In this document: in pieces, positions 40,646 to 51,203 of the stretch
How the letters are laid out: each line of letters begins with the position of its first letter
Position numbering within the stretch: position 1 is the stretch's first letter
DNA from: a virus
Virus record (IMG/VR): IMGVR_UViG_3300005613_004097
Coordinates: 44,515-108,514 of that record
DNA length: 64,000 nt
Strand: one strand, 5' to 3'
Notes under the pieces: model-generated
What the model saw: only the letters and a program-made list of their open reading frames with translations
The model's database searches: none
What the model was told of the DNA's origin: nothing
Program-made: the position numbers and the translations under genes

Positions 40646-41590
40646 ATGTCATCAAGCTTTTCAGGGAAATTTGTTCCTAATACATATGTGAATTTACTTC
40701 AAACAGGCCAGAATAACCAAGTGCAAGGTCAGATATCCTTCACTGATCCAAATGGTGATACACACACGGTGGTTGATGCATTCGGTAGAAAAGTTCAAGG
40801 TGTTGTAATAGACCAAGGTAATAATGCTGATGGTGGTCTATTGTTCAAACAATCAACAACAAATTTAAGGGGATTGAATGTTAAAAGTGAAATGGATATT
40901 ACAAATCAAGGACTTAGATTTTTGAAATACACATCAACTGAAAATACAAATTTGTTCTTGGATGAAAAGGGACTTGTTGTTGGACAAGATTATGATCCAA
41001 CAGGTACGTTTCCCAATTTTTCAAATACTTATGAATCTAACATAAAATTATATACAAAGAGAGGTGTATATCTAAGATTCTCAAATCAAGTTGGTAATCT
41101 GAAATCTGATCAGCATTTGGTGATATCAGCAGAGAATGATACTCAAATAAATGACACAGTTAATGTAATAAATTTGCGTGATGAGAATGTGATTTCATCA
41201 GGTGTTCAAATATACGAGAATAATGCGTTTGAAAAATATTTTGTTTGTATATGGTCAAGGTCTGGAAATGTCATAACTTGTGATGTTTGGATTAATCATG
41301 AAAAAACTATTGGTGGAAATCAGATATTACCTTTGCCTGTTTATCTAACAAGCCAAATAACAGACAATCAATTTGGTTCATTTGGATTTATCGGGCACGG
41401 TGTAAACTTCAGTGGAGGCCAAGGTAATAATGGTCAAATTCTTTCACAGGCAGTTGAATTTAAGTCCAGAGCAAATAACAGAGAATTCGAAGTAACAAAT
41501 ACTGGCCACACAAACAGTGGAGCACCGAATTTTAATAATGTTATTTTTCATGGTATAACAAGAGGTAGATTCTCATACAAATTAAATTAA
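40646..41590 (+). CDS. Putative tail-fibre-associated protein, paralog 2
   Basis: GVVIDQ, IWSRSGNVITC, GRFSY. Confidence 0.55.
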   Translation: MSSSFSGKFVPNTYVNLLQTGQNNQVQGQISFTDPNGDTHTVVDAFGRKVQGVVIDQGNNADGGLLFKQSTTNLRGLNVKSEMDITNQGLRFLKYTSTENTNLFLDEKGLVVGQDYDPTGTFPNFSNTYESNIKLYTKRGVYLRFSNQVGNLKSDQHLVISAENDTQINDTVNVINLRDENVISSGVQIYENNAFEKYFVCIWSRSGNVITCDVWINHEKTIGGNQILPLPVYLTSQITDNQFGSFGFIGHGVNFSGGQGNNGQILSQAVEFKSRANNREFEVTNTGHTNSGAPNFNNVIFHGITRGRFSYKLN

Positions 41591-41594
41591 GAAA

Positions 41595-42518
41595 ATGGCA
41601 GATCTAACTGGAAATAACATATCACAAACATTCGAAAAGTTGATTCAGATCGATACATCTGTGCCGATCACTGGTGATTATATATTCAATTTGAATCAGG
41701 CTCGCACAACAGATGAATTTACTTTGTTGAACGGTGAAGGCGATCGACATCTTGGAATAGTAATAGACCAATCAGACAATGATGATGGAGGAATATTTAT
41801 TAAAAATAATGATACAATAGGAATTCAAAATCTTGGTAATGAATTAAAATTCACAAAGAATAATAATCAGATCGCCTTTTTAAGAAATACCGGAACACTA
41901 CATATAACAGATGATCAAAGTGTGCAAGATAATTCTGACTATTTTTTATACATAAAGGGTGGTATGTTATTGAATGGTGATTCTAAATTTATTGTCTCTG
42001 ATGGTTTCACAGAAACAAATATACAAAGATTGAGAATAGATGCAAGAAATCATTTTTTCACAGAGAACCAACCATATGAGTTTGAAGATCAAGATTCTGC
42101 CATGGTTGATAAAAGTCAGGATATATTCATATCTGGTAGGTATGTTGACGAGGGAATAGAAATAATTTGGCAAAGATCTGGTTCTGTTGTTACATGTAAC
42201 GGTAGAATAGACCATGATATTGCTCCGCAAAATGATAGCAATTCAGTTCCTTCAAATAATCCTTCATACAATATAGGATATCCATTACCTTGTCGATCAG
42301 ATCAAACTACTGAACAGTATTATGTGTCTGGTAGTCCAAACCTTGCGCCTGGACTCATTGGTAACGGAACTCATACAGATAAGGGTGAGATAATAGTGAT
42401 ACCTGAACCTCAAGGGGAGGAATTTCAACTGAGATGGTGGAATAGTAGTCAGGAACTTGAAGCTGATCTATTCAGTGGTATATCCTATTTCAGTTTTTCT
42501 TATCGATTTGTTTTTTGA
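41595..42518 (+). CDS. Putative tail-fibre-associated protein, paralog 3
   Basis: GIVIDQ, IWQRSGSVVTC, YFSFSY. Confidence 0.55.
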   Translation: MADLTGNNISQTFEKLIQIDTSVPITGDYIFNLNQARTTDEFTLLNGEGDRHLGIVIDQSDNDDGGIFIKNNDTIGIQNLGNELKFTKNNNQIAFLRNTGTLHITDDQSVQDNSDYFLYIKGGMLLNGDSKFIVSDGFTETNIQRLRIDARNHFFTENQPYEFEDQDSAMVDKSQDIFISGRYVDEGIEIIWQRSGSVVTCNGRIDHDIAPQNDSNSVPSNNPSYNIGYPLPCRSDQTTEQYYVSGSPNLAPGLIGNGTHTDKGEIIVIPEPQGEEFQLRWWNSSQELEADLFSGISYFSFSYRFVF

Positions 42519-43221
42519 TGATAACCAACGAACCACTTCGTGTAGTATCATAATATGAAATATGACCCATTGATTTTATAACGGTTTCTTCACCTTCAAG
42601 TTTTATATCCTTCACACGTTGTTTTCCTAAGATTCTCCTTTCACCATCACATGTTTTACAAGGATTCAATCCAACCTTTCCTTTTCCCTTACAGAAACCA
42701 CATTCATTGCCTCTGAAATCTTTACCAGATCCATCGCAAAAATCACATCCTTCGTCACCATCAAAATATTTAACTTCACCTCGATCGTTCTTGATTGCGA
42801 TCCTTGTTGAGTTATCTTTACCGGTTCCTTGACATTTCTTACACATGACATATCTTGCAAATTCCAATGTTCCATCGAAATTGCCACCATCAACTTCAAT
42901 TATGATATCAAGAACCTCCTTTTCTTTGAACTTCTGATACTTTGATTTTTCAGAGACATGATCAAAATCAATGTCTATATTGAAGAATTCAATGAATTCG
43001 TTGTAATTTGCACCATACCTTGACTTTTTATCATACGCTTCTCTGTCATTTGTGAGTGTCTTATATGCCTGACAGATATCATCGAATACCTTTTCATCAC
43101 CTCCTTTATCAGGATGATGTTTCATGCTGAGTGCATAATATTGTTTCTTTATCTGTTTTGTATCGGCATCCTTTTCTATTTGAAGTATGCCATAGTAGTT
43201 CTTATTGAGATTCATTTTCAA
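42490..43221 (-). CDS. dnaJ: DnaJ-like co-chaperone (J domain plus zinc finger, short C-terminus)
   Basis: NYYGIL, HHPDKGG, four CxxCxGxG-type repeats. Confidence 0.9.
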   Translation of the reverse strand: MKMNLNKNYYGILQIEKDADTKQIKKQYYALSMKHHPDKGGDEKVFDDICQAYKTLTNDREAYDKKSRYGANYNEFIEFFNIDIDFDHVSEKSKYQKFKEKEVLDIIIEVDGGNFDGTLEFARYVMCKKCQGTGKDNSTRIAIKNDRGEVKYFDGDEGCDFCDGSGKDFRGNECGFCKGKGKVGLNPCKTCDGERRILGKQRVKDIKLEGEETVIKSMGHISYYDTTRSGSLVIIKKQIDKKN

Positions 43222-43597
43222 AATAGTTAATTATTGCCTCGATTGATTTCTGTCGTTGTATCTCAAAGTTTCCCATTTCTTCAAGTGTGAGTTCAAATCC
43301 TAATCGATCTTTCACAAAATGTACATCCAACCAATTGGGATCTGTCATAAGTGATATGAGACATTCAGAGAATGAAACAAGTTTATCATATCCATGATGT
43401 TTGTCAGCGCATCCACCATCTTCGAACATTTTTCGTTTTATCTCATCTCTCAGATCTCTTTCATCTGGGTTCATATCCTCGTAAAAGTTTGATGACCAAC
43501 TATCGAATATGAGAGCATCTGCTCTCAGATAGTCATCAATGTTATGAATATTGTCTATGATGTGTTGTTTTGTTATGAATCTTTTATGAAATCCCAT
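43202..43597 (-). CDS. Hypothetical protein
   Basis: Overlapping operon ORF starting MGFHKRFI. Confidence 0.65.
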   Translation of the reverse strand: MGFHKRFITKQHIIDNIHNIDDYLRADALIFDSWSSNFYEDMNPDERDLRDEIKRKMFEDGGCADKHHGYDKLVSFSECLISLMTDPNWLDVHFVKDRLGFELTLEEMGNFEIQRQKSIEAIINYFENESQ

Positions 43598-43781
43598 CGT
43601 TTTTGAATTTTTTCTCTACATGAATTGCATGTCGCTTTTGATTTCTTTTCTTTATAGAAGGCTTTTCAAACTCTTTCCTTTTTCTGAGTTCTTTTTTCAT
43701 ACCTGTTCTATCAAATTTTCGTTTGAGTTCTTTCAAAGCTTTCTCGATACTTCCTGAACTTGTGACATCTATTATTATCAT
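43584..43781 (-). CDS. rpsU: 30S ribosomal protein bS21
   Basis: SIEKALKELKRKFDRTG..KELRKRKEFEKPSIKKR. Confidence 0.92.
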   Translation of the reverse strand: MIIIDVTSSGSIEKALKELKRKFDRTGMKKELRKRKEFEKPSIKKRNQKRHAIHVEKKFKNDGIS

Positions 43782-44092
43782 AGTATTTTCTTTAATTTTA
43801 GTTTTCTCAATACCTTTTTTTTCTCAGCCGCATCCATCGTGCAGAATTTCTCGAAACTCATATCTATACCCATGATCTCAAATGCAAACTCAATATAATC
43901 TTTCATAAGTTCCATATCACTCGATACGGTCCATATTTGATTGTTCCAGTTCGGATTTGTTCCAGTGGTCGTTATAGTACTGGGATATCCCCATATGTTT
44001 GAACATCCATTCGGGTAATTTCCAAGGGTTGAACATGCTCCAAATTGATTGGTATGTGCTGCTTGTTTTGTTGATGTGCTTAAAAGTGACAT
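43778..44092 (-). CDS. Hypothetical protein
   Basis: Ends LRKLKLKKIL. Confidence 0.6.
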   Translation of the reverse strand: MSLLSTSTKQAAHTNQFGACSTLGNYPNGCSNIWGYPSTITTTGTNPNWNNQIWTVSSDMELMKDYIEFAFEIMGIDMSFEKFCTMDAAEKKKVLRKLKLKKIL

Positions 44093-44376
44093 AATAGTTT
44101 CTTTAATTTTTCTGCTCTTTTGAATTTGAGTGTATCAAATTGAAATATTGGCATGCCATCTGCTCTGCTCTTACCTCTGTATCTCAATTTAAGTATATAT
44201 TTATCCAACGATATCATCTCCTGTTTTTTATGTTCTGTTTGGTTCCAACTAACACCATCGAAATCATGTGAAATATCGGGAATCACTCGATCGATTTTAT
44301 CTTTATCAAATCGGATATTATAATACTGGTTTTCGATCCAATCACCTTTTTCTTTATATATGAATGTAATTATCAT
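44080..44376 (-). CDS. Hypothetical protein
   Basis: Ends KRAEKLKKLL. Confidence 0.6.
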   Translation of the reverse strand: MIITFIYKEKGDWIENQYYNIRFDKDKIDRVIPDISHDFDGVSWNQTEHKKQEMISLDKYILKLRYRGKSRADGMPIFQFDTLKFKRAEKLKKLLCHF

Positions 44377-46070
44377 TGTTCAAATTCGATTTCATTTATT
44401 GTTGTGAAAATGTTCTTATCGATCTGTATTATTCTATCGAAGTATTCATTGTTCATAATGGCATGATGCACAACAAAAATATTTATATTGTAATCATTTG
44501 CAAACGATTTCAGTAATATCAGTATCTCCTGTATTCCTCTCAGGTCGATCGATGAGAATATCTCATCAAGGAAAAGAATGTTGATATGTTTTTTTGTTCG
44601 TATCATTTTAAGGTATGCAATGAGTATTGCAATGTTTATTCTTCTTGTTTCACCGGTACTGAGCGTATCAGGTTCAATTTCATTACCAAGTTGTAATATT
44701 TTTGCAGTGAACGAATCATCCAACCTGACCTCAAAATTCAACCCCATTTTCTTGATGTTCTCTTTAATGAAAACATTTATTGGTTTGACTATTGATCTGA
44801 TTATTGACCTTTTAACACCTTCTTCTGAAAAAACATTTGCAAGTTCATTGTAATAAAGTTGCTTTTCTTTTTCCAATGTGATGTGTTCCTGTGATGTTTC
44901 TTTTTTCTCACTGAGTTCCTTTATGGACTCTTTGAACTCTTCAACATCGACCGAGTTTTTTTCATTCAATATCCTTTGTTTTTCAATTTTCTCAATGTCT
45001 ATCTTACACTGTTTAAGAAAATAAGTGACATCATTATAAGCTTTATTTGCTTTCAATGATATTTCATTGAGTTTTCTCTGTTTTTCCTTTACATTATTGA
45101 TATTCGATTCGACCTCATCTTTGAGTTGATTTGTCTTGCTGAGCTTTTCAACCAATGTTTGTCTGAGTGAAATAAAGTGTTCCGAATCAAATGAAGTTGT
45201 GCAAGTAGGACACTTTCCTGAATCATAAAGTGCAATCTCCTTTTCTGTCTTTTTCACATCCTGACCAAGTATGATGTATTGTTTTTTCTCATCATCTATC
45301 TGTTGTTTAAGTTCATTCTCCTTTTGCTTTATCTTTTCCACTTTCGATTTTAGTTCAGTGTATTCGGATTTTTTTTCTTGCATCGATTTTTTTATCTTCT
45401 CGATCTCGTTATCACTGTCAACTATTTTTCTGGCCTTTGATCGTTCTATTGACCTGTTTATCGAATCGATCGAACTTTCAAGTGTGTCCATTTCACTTTG
45501 AAGTGATGCCATTCTCATTTTATTGTTCTTGACAAGCTCTTTCAATATCTTACTCATGATATTGATCACTTCAAGATTGAATAATTTATCAAGTAATAGT
45601 TTTTTCTCTTCAGCGGTCAGTGATATGAAATTTTTAAAGTCATTGATCGACATTGAGATGAATGATTTGAATGTCTCTATATCAAGTCCTACATAATCTT
45701 CGATCACGGTGTTGATATTTGACTTACCAGCTCTATCGTTCAGAACTCCGTTCTCATAAAGTTCCAATTTATTTGGTGATATGCCTCGTTTGATCTCTAC
45801 ATCGGTTGAGTTTGAGATGAATTTTATCCTTGTGAGTAGTTCATTGTTGATCCTGTTGGGTAATGTTGATAATTTTGCCCACTTTTTGACCTTTGCGGAC
45901 TTTACTTTTCCGTAGAGTGTAAATTCAAAAGTTTCAATTAGGGCCGATTTACCATTCCCATTTTCTCCGCTCAGTAGTATTAACTGACCTTTTTCGGTAT
46001 TGAGTTTTAAAGTTTGTTCGTTATTTCCAAAAGATTTGTATCCTTTTATACCTATTTCATTGATAATCAT
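44373..46070 (-). CDS. SbcC/Rad50-like ATPase (T4 gp46-like recombination nuclease subunit)
   Basis: Walker A GENGNGKS, coiled coil with CPTC hook, LSTGE signature, FLDEIFSSID, VVHH. Confidence 0.92.
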   Translation of the reverse strand: MIINEIGIKGYKSFGNNEQTLKLNTEKGQLILLSGENGNGKSALIETFEFTLYGKVKSAKVKKWAKLSTLPNRINNELLTRIKFISNSTDVEIKRGISPNKLELYENGVLNDRAGKSNINTVIEDYVGLDIETFKSFISMSINDFKNFISLTAEEKKLLLDKLFNLEVINIMSKILKELVKNNKMRMASLQSEMDTLESSIDSINRSIERSKARKIVDSDNEIEKIKKSMQEKKSEYTELKSKVEKIKQKENELKQQIDDEKKQYIILGQDVKKTEKEIALYDSGKCPTCTTSFDSEHFISLRQTLVEKLSKTNQLKDEVESNINNVKEKQRKLNEISLKANKAYNDVTYFLKQCKIDIEKIEKQRILNEKNSVDVEEFKESIKELSEKKETSQEHITLEKEKQLYYNELANVFSEEGVKRSIIRSIVKPINVFIKENIKKMGLNFEVRLDDSFTAKILQLGNEIEPDTLSTGETRRINIAILIAYLKMIRTKKHINILFLDEIFSSIDLRGIQEILILLKSFANDYNINIFVVHHAIMNNEYFDRIIQIDKNIFTTINEIEFEQ

Positions 46071-46116
46071 ATAATTAAGATGATTTTTAACTTATATGAT
46101 GTTGGGTAAATTAAGT

Positions 46117-47961
46117 TTAATCAGTTCTGTAAATGTAATAATCCGTTCCGGCATACGTCACTGACCTTTCCTCACCATCATAACCACTCAGTGTATTTCC
46201 TCTACCATCCTCTTCTATAATTACTTCGAACATTCTTTGTTTGTCAATGTGTCCTTCTATGATATCTCCTATGGTTCTTGTTGTCCTGCCCCATTGGTTT
46301 TGAGTTCTGTGTGATGTGTATCCGAGTCCTTTAAGATATTCAACAGGGTCATTGATAACTTCCTGTCTTCTATCGTCATATAACTCTTTTACCTTTTCAT
46401 CAACAAGGTACTCATCGATATCCCAATTGTCTTGATCTTCCAATTCATCTATCCTATCTTGTATATTTTCTATTTCTTCTTCGAGTTCATTCTCTTTATC
46501 AACATCCCAATCATCTGAATCATTGAGTTGATCCAGCTTTTGTTCAAGTTGATATTTTTTCTCTTCCAACTCTTCGAGTTCTGTTCGTTGGTCATCTGTC
46601 ATTGCTTTGACATCATAAAAGTCAGGATCTTCTGTTATCAAATCCCTGAGATAATATTCTTCATCTGCTAAAAGTTCATCTGCAAGACTTTCACCATCAA
46701 TGAATCTTTCAATAAAGCTTGGATTGAATGCCTCTGTACCCAACTCATCCCAGAGATTTTCTTGATACTGATAAGCTGCATCATCACACTCACTATCTGT
46801 TCCAATTGCAAATTGCATCTCTTCTTCTGGAAGATCTATATTGAATTGTTTGAGTCCGTAATGATCATACGATTCAGGAATAAGATCGTAGATATCATAA
46901 GCATCTATCCACATGTTTTCATTTTCTAAATACGACTGTAACGATTCTGCATAAACAACAAGATCTGGATCCTCTTCATAAAGACGCTTTGCTTCCTCTC
47001 TTTTATCATCCCTTATTGATTTTCGTCTTTCTAAGAATTCCTCAGATGTCATTCCTTTCAATTCAAGTTCCTTTATGAAAGTGGGTATATTTTTCATAAG
47101 GTCGCGGTCATTCATATCGTGAATGTTCATTATCCTATCATTTGTTCCTACGGTCACACCGATCATAAAAAGTGGATCGGCCGGTGATAGTGAGTAATTC
47201 CAAACGAAGTATTGATAAGCTTGTTTATTATAAACATAGGATGACCAAGATGTGATACCGGTTGATATACACCAACTTGATGAGCCTAATTTCTTGGATG
47301 CTGCAAAGTTATCTATCCTTGCTGCAATGATACCATTATCTTCTTCAACTTTGAATATGTTTGCACCATCTATCGATTCGATCTCATTAATTTTCTCTTG
47401 AAATGATTTTATATCAAGGTTCTGCTGTACGAATTTTGAAATATAATCTATAAGTTCATCAAAGGTTCTTATCTGTGATATCTTGTCAAAGAAAGGCTTC
47501 TTGTATTTGATATCGAACATCTTTACTGACCATCCATCGAATATCTCTTTTTCATTTTCTGATGCATTTCTATAAATATCTTTCTGTTGTCTTGGTAATT
47601 CATCGATCACCAACTTGATCTTCCTTCTCATGTCGATCTGAATGATCTCATCTTTCAGTTCTTCAAAGAACTTATATTGCATCAGCGGTTTTTTAAGTAA
47701 TTTTGCACCCTTGTTATCATGTAACCATTTTATGAGATCCTTTATCTCATCCTGTGATGTTCCTTGTGTGAATCTATACTTTGTGAGAAGTCCTAAAAAA
47801 TTAAGATTATTGAACTTGTCTTCGAGTAGTTCTGATATTTCCAAGAAATTCTTATCTTTTTTTGAAATGTTCTTCTTTCTCAATATGCTCAGTGCCTGTT
47901 CCTTATTTTCAAGTATAAGTTTAAAATTATTATATTTCTTTAGAAATCTCATTTTGTTCAA
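46117..47961 (-). CDS. Acidic hypothetical protein, candidate internal virion protein
   Basis: MRFLKKYNNFKLILE tag; LGSSSWCIS motif; acidic C-terminus. Confidence 0.7.
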   Translation of the reverse strand: MNKMRFLKKYNNFKLILENKEQALSILRKKNISKKDKNFLEISELLEDKFNNLNFLGLLTKYRFTQGTSQDEIKDLIKWLHDNKGAKLLKKPLMQYKFFEELKDEIIQIDMRRKIKLVIDELPRQQKDIYRNASENEKEIFDGWSVKMFDIKYKKPFFDKISQIRTFDELIDYISKFVQQNLDIKSFQEKINEIESIDGANIFKVEEDNGIIAARIDNFAASKKLGSSSWCISTGITSWSSYVYNKQAYQYFVWNYSLSPADPLFMIGVTVGTNDRIMNIHDMNDRDLMKNIPTFIKELELKGMTSEEFLERRKSIRDDKREEAKRLYEEDPDLVVYAESLQSYLENENMWIDAYDIYDLIPESYDHYGLKQFNIDLPEEEMQFAIGTDSECDDAAYQYQENLWDELGTEAFNPSFIERFIDGESLADELLADEEYYLRDLITEDPDFYDVKAMTDDQRTELEELEEKKYQLEQKLDQLNDSDDWDVDKENELEEEIENIQDRIDELEDQDNWDIDEYLVDEKVKELYDDRRQEVINDPVEYLKGLGYTSHRTQNQWGRTTRTIGDIIEGHIDKQRMFEVIIEEDGRGNTLSGYDGEERSVTYAGTDYYIYRTD

Positions 47962-48000
47962 ATTTATTTGTTGTTCTATATATTAATATATATAATTGAT

Positions 48001-49371
48001 ATGTATCAAGAAATACAGGAAAAGCATAAGGAAAGACTGAAAAAGTTCATTGTTGATAATGATCTTGATTATCAGGTAGTTGAAAATGGTATTTCTCGTT
48101 TTCACATAAGATCATATGATGGTAAGACATTGACCTTCTATGAAAGTCAAGGCAAATTCATACTTGTCGAATATGATAAGGATCTTGATGATGCTGAGAA
48201 GCCGGCTTTCAAATATCATAACTTTCCAACACTCAGTAAAATGATGGAATCACTTTCTCAATATGATCATCAATTGAACAAAGTTTATTGGCAGCCCATA
48301 ATGGATATCACTTTATATGGTATCAAGGATGTTGAGGAAAATTGGTACGAGAATATTGTTGAGGGATCAATATATGATGATCAGTCAAAGACGATAATAT
48401 ATGAGGACAGGAGTTATTCGCCTGTTCTAAGGTCACCATTCAATACTTTACATGAAGTAAGTCCTATCAATACGATGCACTTAGAAAAGTTGAACAAGCT
48501 TTATTTTGAGATACATCCTATAAGTTGTAATGAAGAAAGGTATCTTGCCAGGATATTATGTAACAGTGATGAAAAATTCAAAGAATATATCAATTTTTAT
48601 ATTTGGAGTAAGAAAGGATTGAAAAAATTCGTTGAAAAACTGTTCAATGATATGCAGCAATTCAAAGATGTCGAAAAAATCAATGAGGTATTTTTCAAAG
48701 ACAAAGGTGTGGTCAAGTTTGATAGAGACTATTATGATAAATTGAAAACCGAATACTCTGAAACTTATAATGAAAAGGACCTCGAAAAAGTATGGCATCT
48801 TTTAAAAAAAGATTGCCACAGATTCTTGAAAGAGATAAAAGGAAGTGATCTACTTTTCAGAGGTATGCATAATGAGTTGAAAAATGAGCCAGTGTATGGA
48901 CTTGAAAGAAAAAAGGTTAGGAAATCAAGAGCTCCGAAAGATATGGATATTGATGTACATAAAGAGTTTGATAGACAATTCAAGGAAAAATTAGGTATCA
49001 AGTTGAGAAGTGAAGGTGTTTTTGTAACAAAGGATCCGAAAGATGCTAAAGTATATTCAGGATATGATAATATTAGAAAACGAAGACAGCCATATCTTTT
49101 CTTTCCGATCGGTGATTATCAGTATTTTTATAATCTCGATGTTTATGATCTTTATTGGGAAATAAGAGATCAGGACTGGTATTTGAATTATCTCACAAAT
49201 GATAATATTGAGTTGGATATAGAACAGATAGAAGATCTGGTCAACGGTTACAAAAAAGGCGATTTCAAAGATATCACATATCAGGAGATCACATTCATCT
49301 GTGACGAATATTATCTTGTTGATGATGTGTTCCTGTTCAAGATATTAGAAAAAATCGAAAAAGAAATATAA
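48001..49371 (+). CDS. Hypothetical protein
   Basis: ATG 48001 follows aatatata; LLFRGM...R.PKD...FFPIGDY C-terminal domain. Confidence 0.65.
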   Translation: MYQEIQEKHKERLKKFIVDNDLDYQVVENGISRFHIRSYDGKTLTFYESQGKFILVEYDKDLDDAEKPAFKYHNFPTLSKMMESLSQYDHQLNKVYWQPIMDITLYGIKDVEENWYENIVEGSIYDDQSKTIIYEDRSYSPVLRSPFNTLHEVSPINTMHLEKLNKLYFEIHPISCNEERYLARILCNSDEKFKEYINFYIWSKKGLKKFVEKLFNDMQQFKDVEKINEVFFKDKGVVKFDRDYYDKLKTEYSETYNEKDLEKVWHLLKKDCHRFLKEIKGSDLLFRGMHNELKNEPVYGLERKKVRKSRAPKDMDIDVHKEFDRQFKEKLGIKLRSEGVFVTKDPKDAKVYSGYDNIRKRRQPYLFFPIGDYQYFYNLDVYDLYWEIRDQDWYLNYLTNDNIELDIEQIEDLVNGYKKGDFKDITYQEITFICDEYYLVDDVFLFKILEKIEKEI

Positions 49372-49382
49372 TATATAGTAAT

Positions 49383-49715
49383 ATGAAGATAAAGATATAC
49401 AAAGACAGCACTTATAACATTTTCTTTGAAAAAGGAGATCATGTTAAGATACAAAGTAACGAGAAATATTCAGATCCAACATCGAAAGAAGGAACTTTCG
49501 GTCAGGTTGTGAGTGTATCAGGTGCAAGATTGAATGCAAAAGTAAAGTTCAAAGACAAAGAAGGTGAAACCCACGAGGAATTTGCTTGGAATCTTGTTCC
49601 GGTCGATGAATCTGGTAAAAAGATACCTGAAAACAAATTGTTCAAATTGGTTCCTACAACCGAGAGTTTCATTGCACTTAAATATCAAGAATTCAAGTTC
49701 AAACGAAATTATTGA
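49383..49715 (+). CDS. Hypothetical SH3/KOW-like protein
   Basis: FEKGDHVKI...GTFGQVVSV; late-type motif upstream. Confidence 0.55.
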   Translation: MKIKIYKDSTYNIFFEKGDHVKIQSNEKYSDPTSKEGTFGQVVSVSGARLNAKVKFKDKEGETHEEFAWNLVPVDESGKKIPENKLFKLVPTTESFIALKYQEFKFKRNY

Positions 49716-50302
49716 TCAAATATCTGTTTTATTTTATTTCGTCTGACAACCTGTTTTGGGCCCAAGTAGTCAGGAAATACATGTAACCTATTCAATATTT
49801 CAATATCATATACTCTATCGAATAATATATAACTACCTGCGATATCATTTGATTCATATATCAGTTTGTTCTTATATTGATAATAATATCGATTATTTTC
49901 CTTGTATGTTTTTATCAGATGCAGTTTTGATCTGACTCGACATTTATCAACTCCTATTTCAAAATCACCAGATGCAATGACAACGATATGAGCTATTACA
50001 GATGCTATAAGATATACCGATAATATCACAGAGGGAATACTTGGTGTCCAAACACTGATTGTTTTTTCATCAGCGCTTAACTTATGAAATTCGTCAGCGA
50101 GTGTCATTGTAAGTCCATTCTCACCATTGTAAATAATGTGTCGTTTTCCATTATTCTCGATAATGGACAGAACATCACTTTCAATATATCTGAAATCACC
50201 ACTGAATAAGATGATCGGTATCACAATAAATGGTATCAACCCGAATGTGATCCAAATTTTGTTTTCTTTGAGAAATTCTTTTATGAAATAAAATCCTGTC
50301 AT
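49709..50302 (-). CDS. Membrane protein
   Basis: Two TM segments; ends VRRNKIKQIF. Confidence 0.65.
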   Translation of the reverse strand: MTGFYFIKEFLKENKIWITFGLIPFIVIPIILFSGDFRYIESDVLSIIENNGKRHIIYNGENGLTMTLADEFHKLSADEKTISVWTPSIPSVILSVYLIASVIAHIVVIASGDFEIGVDKCRVRSKLHLIKTYKENNRYYYQYKNKLIYESNDIAGSYILFDRVYDIEILNRLHVFPDYLGPKQVVRRNKIKQIFDQ

Positions 50303-50511
50303 ATTGATTCTGTATCTTGTTTTCTTACTGCAAAGGCATGTGATGTGTGATCATGTTCGATCCTACATACTATGAAAATGTCATCGAACTCATAATTCAC
50401 AATACATATATCCCCTATTTTACCAATAGAGAATTGATATTGATCTGACTCACTTTTTATCCTTATCTTTTTCATCGATGTAATTTTTGATGTCTTGATC
50501 AGTGACCTCAT
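50299..50511 (-). CDS. Hypothetical protein (start uncertain)
   Basis: ORF track; an internal ATG (MKKIRIK) is also plausible. Confidence 0.45.
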   Translation of the reverse strand: MRSLIKTSKITSMKKIRIKSESDQYQFSIGKIGDICIVNYEFDDIFIVCRIEHDHTSHAFAVRKQDTESI

Positions 50512-50600
50512 TGAATGGCTTGTTCAACTTTTCTGCCACTTCTTCTATGATTCTTTTGATTCTGCTCATTTTTATTTCTTTTTACAAATATAATGATAAT

Positions 50601-51203
50601 TTACTTTACGATGGCATTTTCTGACCAGAATTTAACAGATGCTTCATAAGATTTTCTGTCAATTGAAACACCACTTCCACCCTCACTCTCACCGAGTGCA
50701 TTTCTCATCATCGTTATCGGTGTCATGGGTTCTTCATCATCTGACATTTGCGCGAGAATTGCAACAATTCCGAATTCACAATCCTCGGACAACTCGAACT
50801 CACTCTTTTGCTTATTTGGATTTTTAAGCCATTCATTGTAAAGTTGCTCTCTTGTGTAAAGAACAATGTTCAGAAATTTTGCCTTTGGAATGAATTGATA
50901 TGGTATCTCGAACCATCGTGTGAGAACGGCAAGTTCTTCTTTTCTTCTCGATGAATATCCTGTTCTGAGGTAGTTGAAATTCTCTAATGTGATCGGTAAA
51001 GTGCCAGTTTTTGTTTCTGTAAAGTTCTCAACAAAGAAAAGCTTACAAAAATCAGCATATCCATAATTTAACTTTCCCTCAGATAGATTGAACTTTTCAT
51101 TTATCACTTCAACGAATCGGTCCATTGAAACATCAAGTATCTTTGTACCATTGAAACTTTTATTGAAGTGTCTCTCTGCAAATTTTGTAAGTTCTATTTT
51201 CAT
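50601..51203 (-). CDS. DUF3228-like conserved protein
   Basis: GYADFCKL, RRKEELAVLTRWF, LYTREQL, PMTPITMMRNALG..EGGSGV. Confidence 0.75.
   Translation of the reverse strand: MKIELTKFAERHFNKSFNGTKILDVSMDRFVEVINEKFNLSEGKLNYGYADFCKLFFVENFTETKTGTLPITLENFNYLRTGYSSRRKEELAVLTRWFEIPYQFIPKAKFLNIVLYTREQLYNEWLKNPNKQKSEFELSEDCEFGIVAILAQMSDDEEPMTPITMMRNALGESEGGSGVSIDRKSYEASVKFWSENAIVK

Noticed and set aside
13154-42230. Many 60-150 aa ORFs nested in or antisense to long genes
   Set aside because: Fully overlapped by well-supported genes, no motifs, atypical composition
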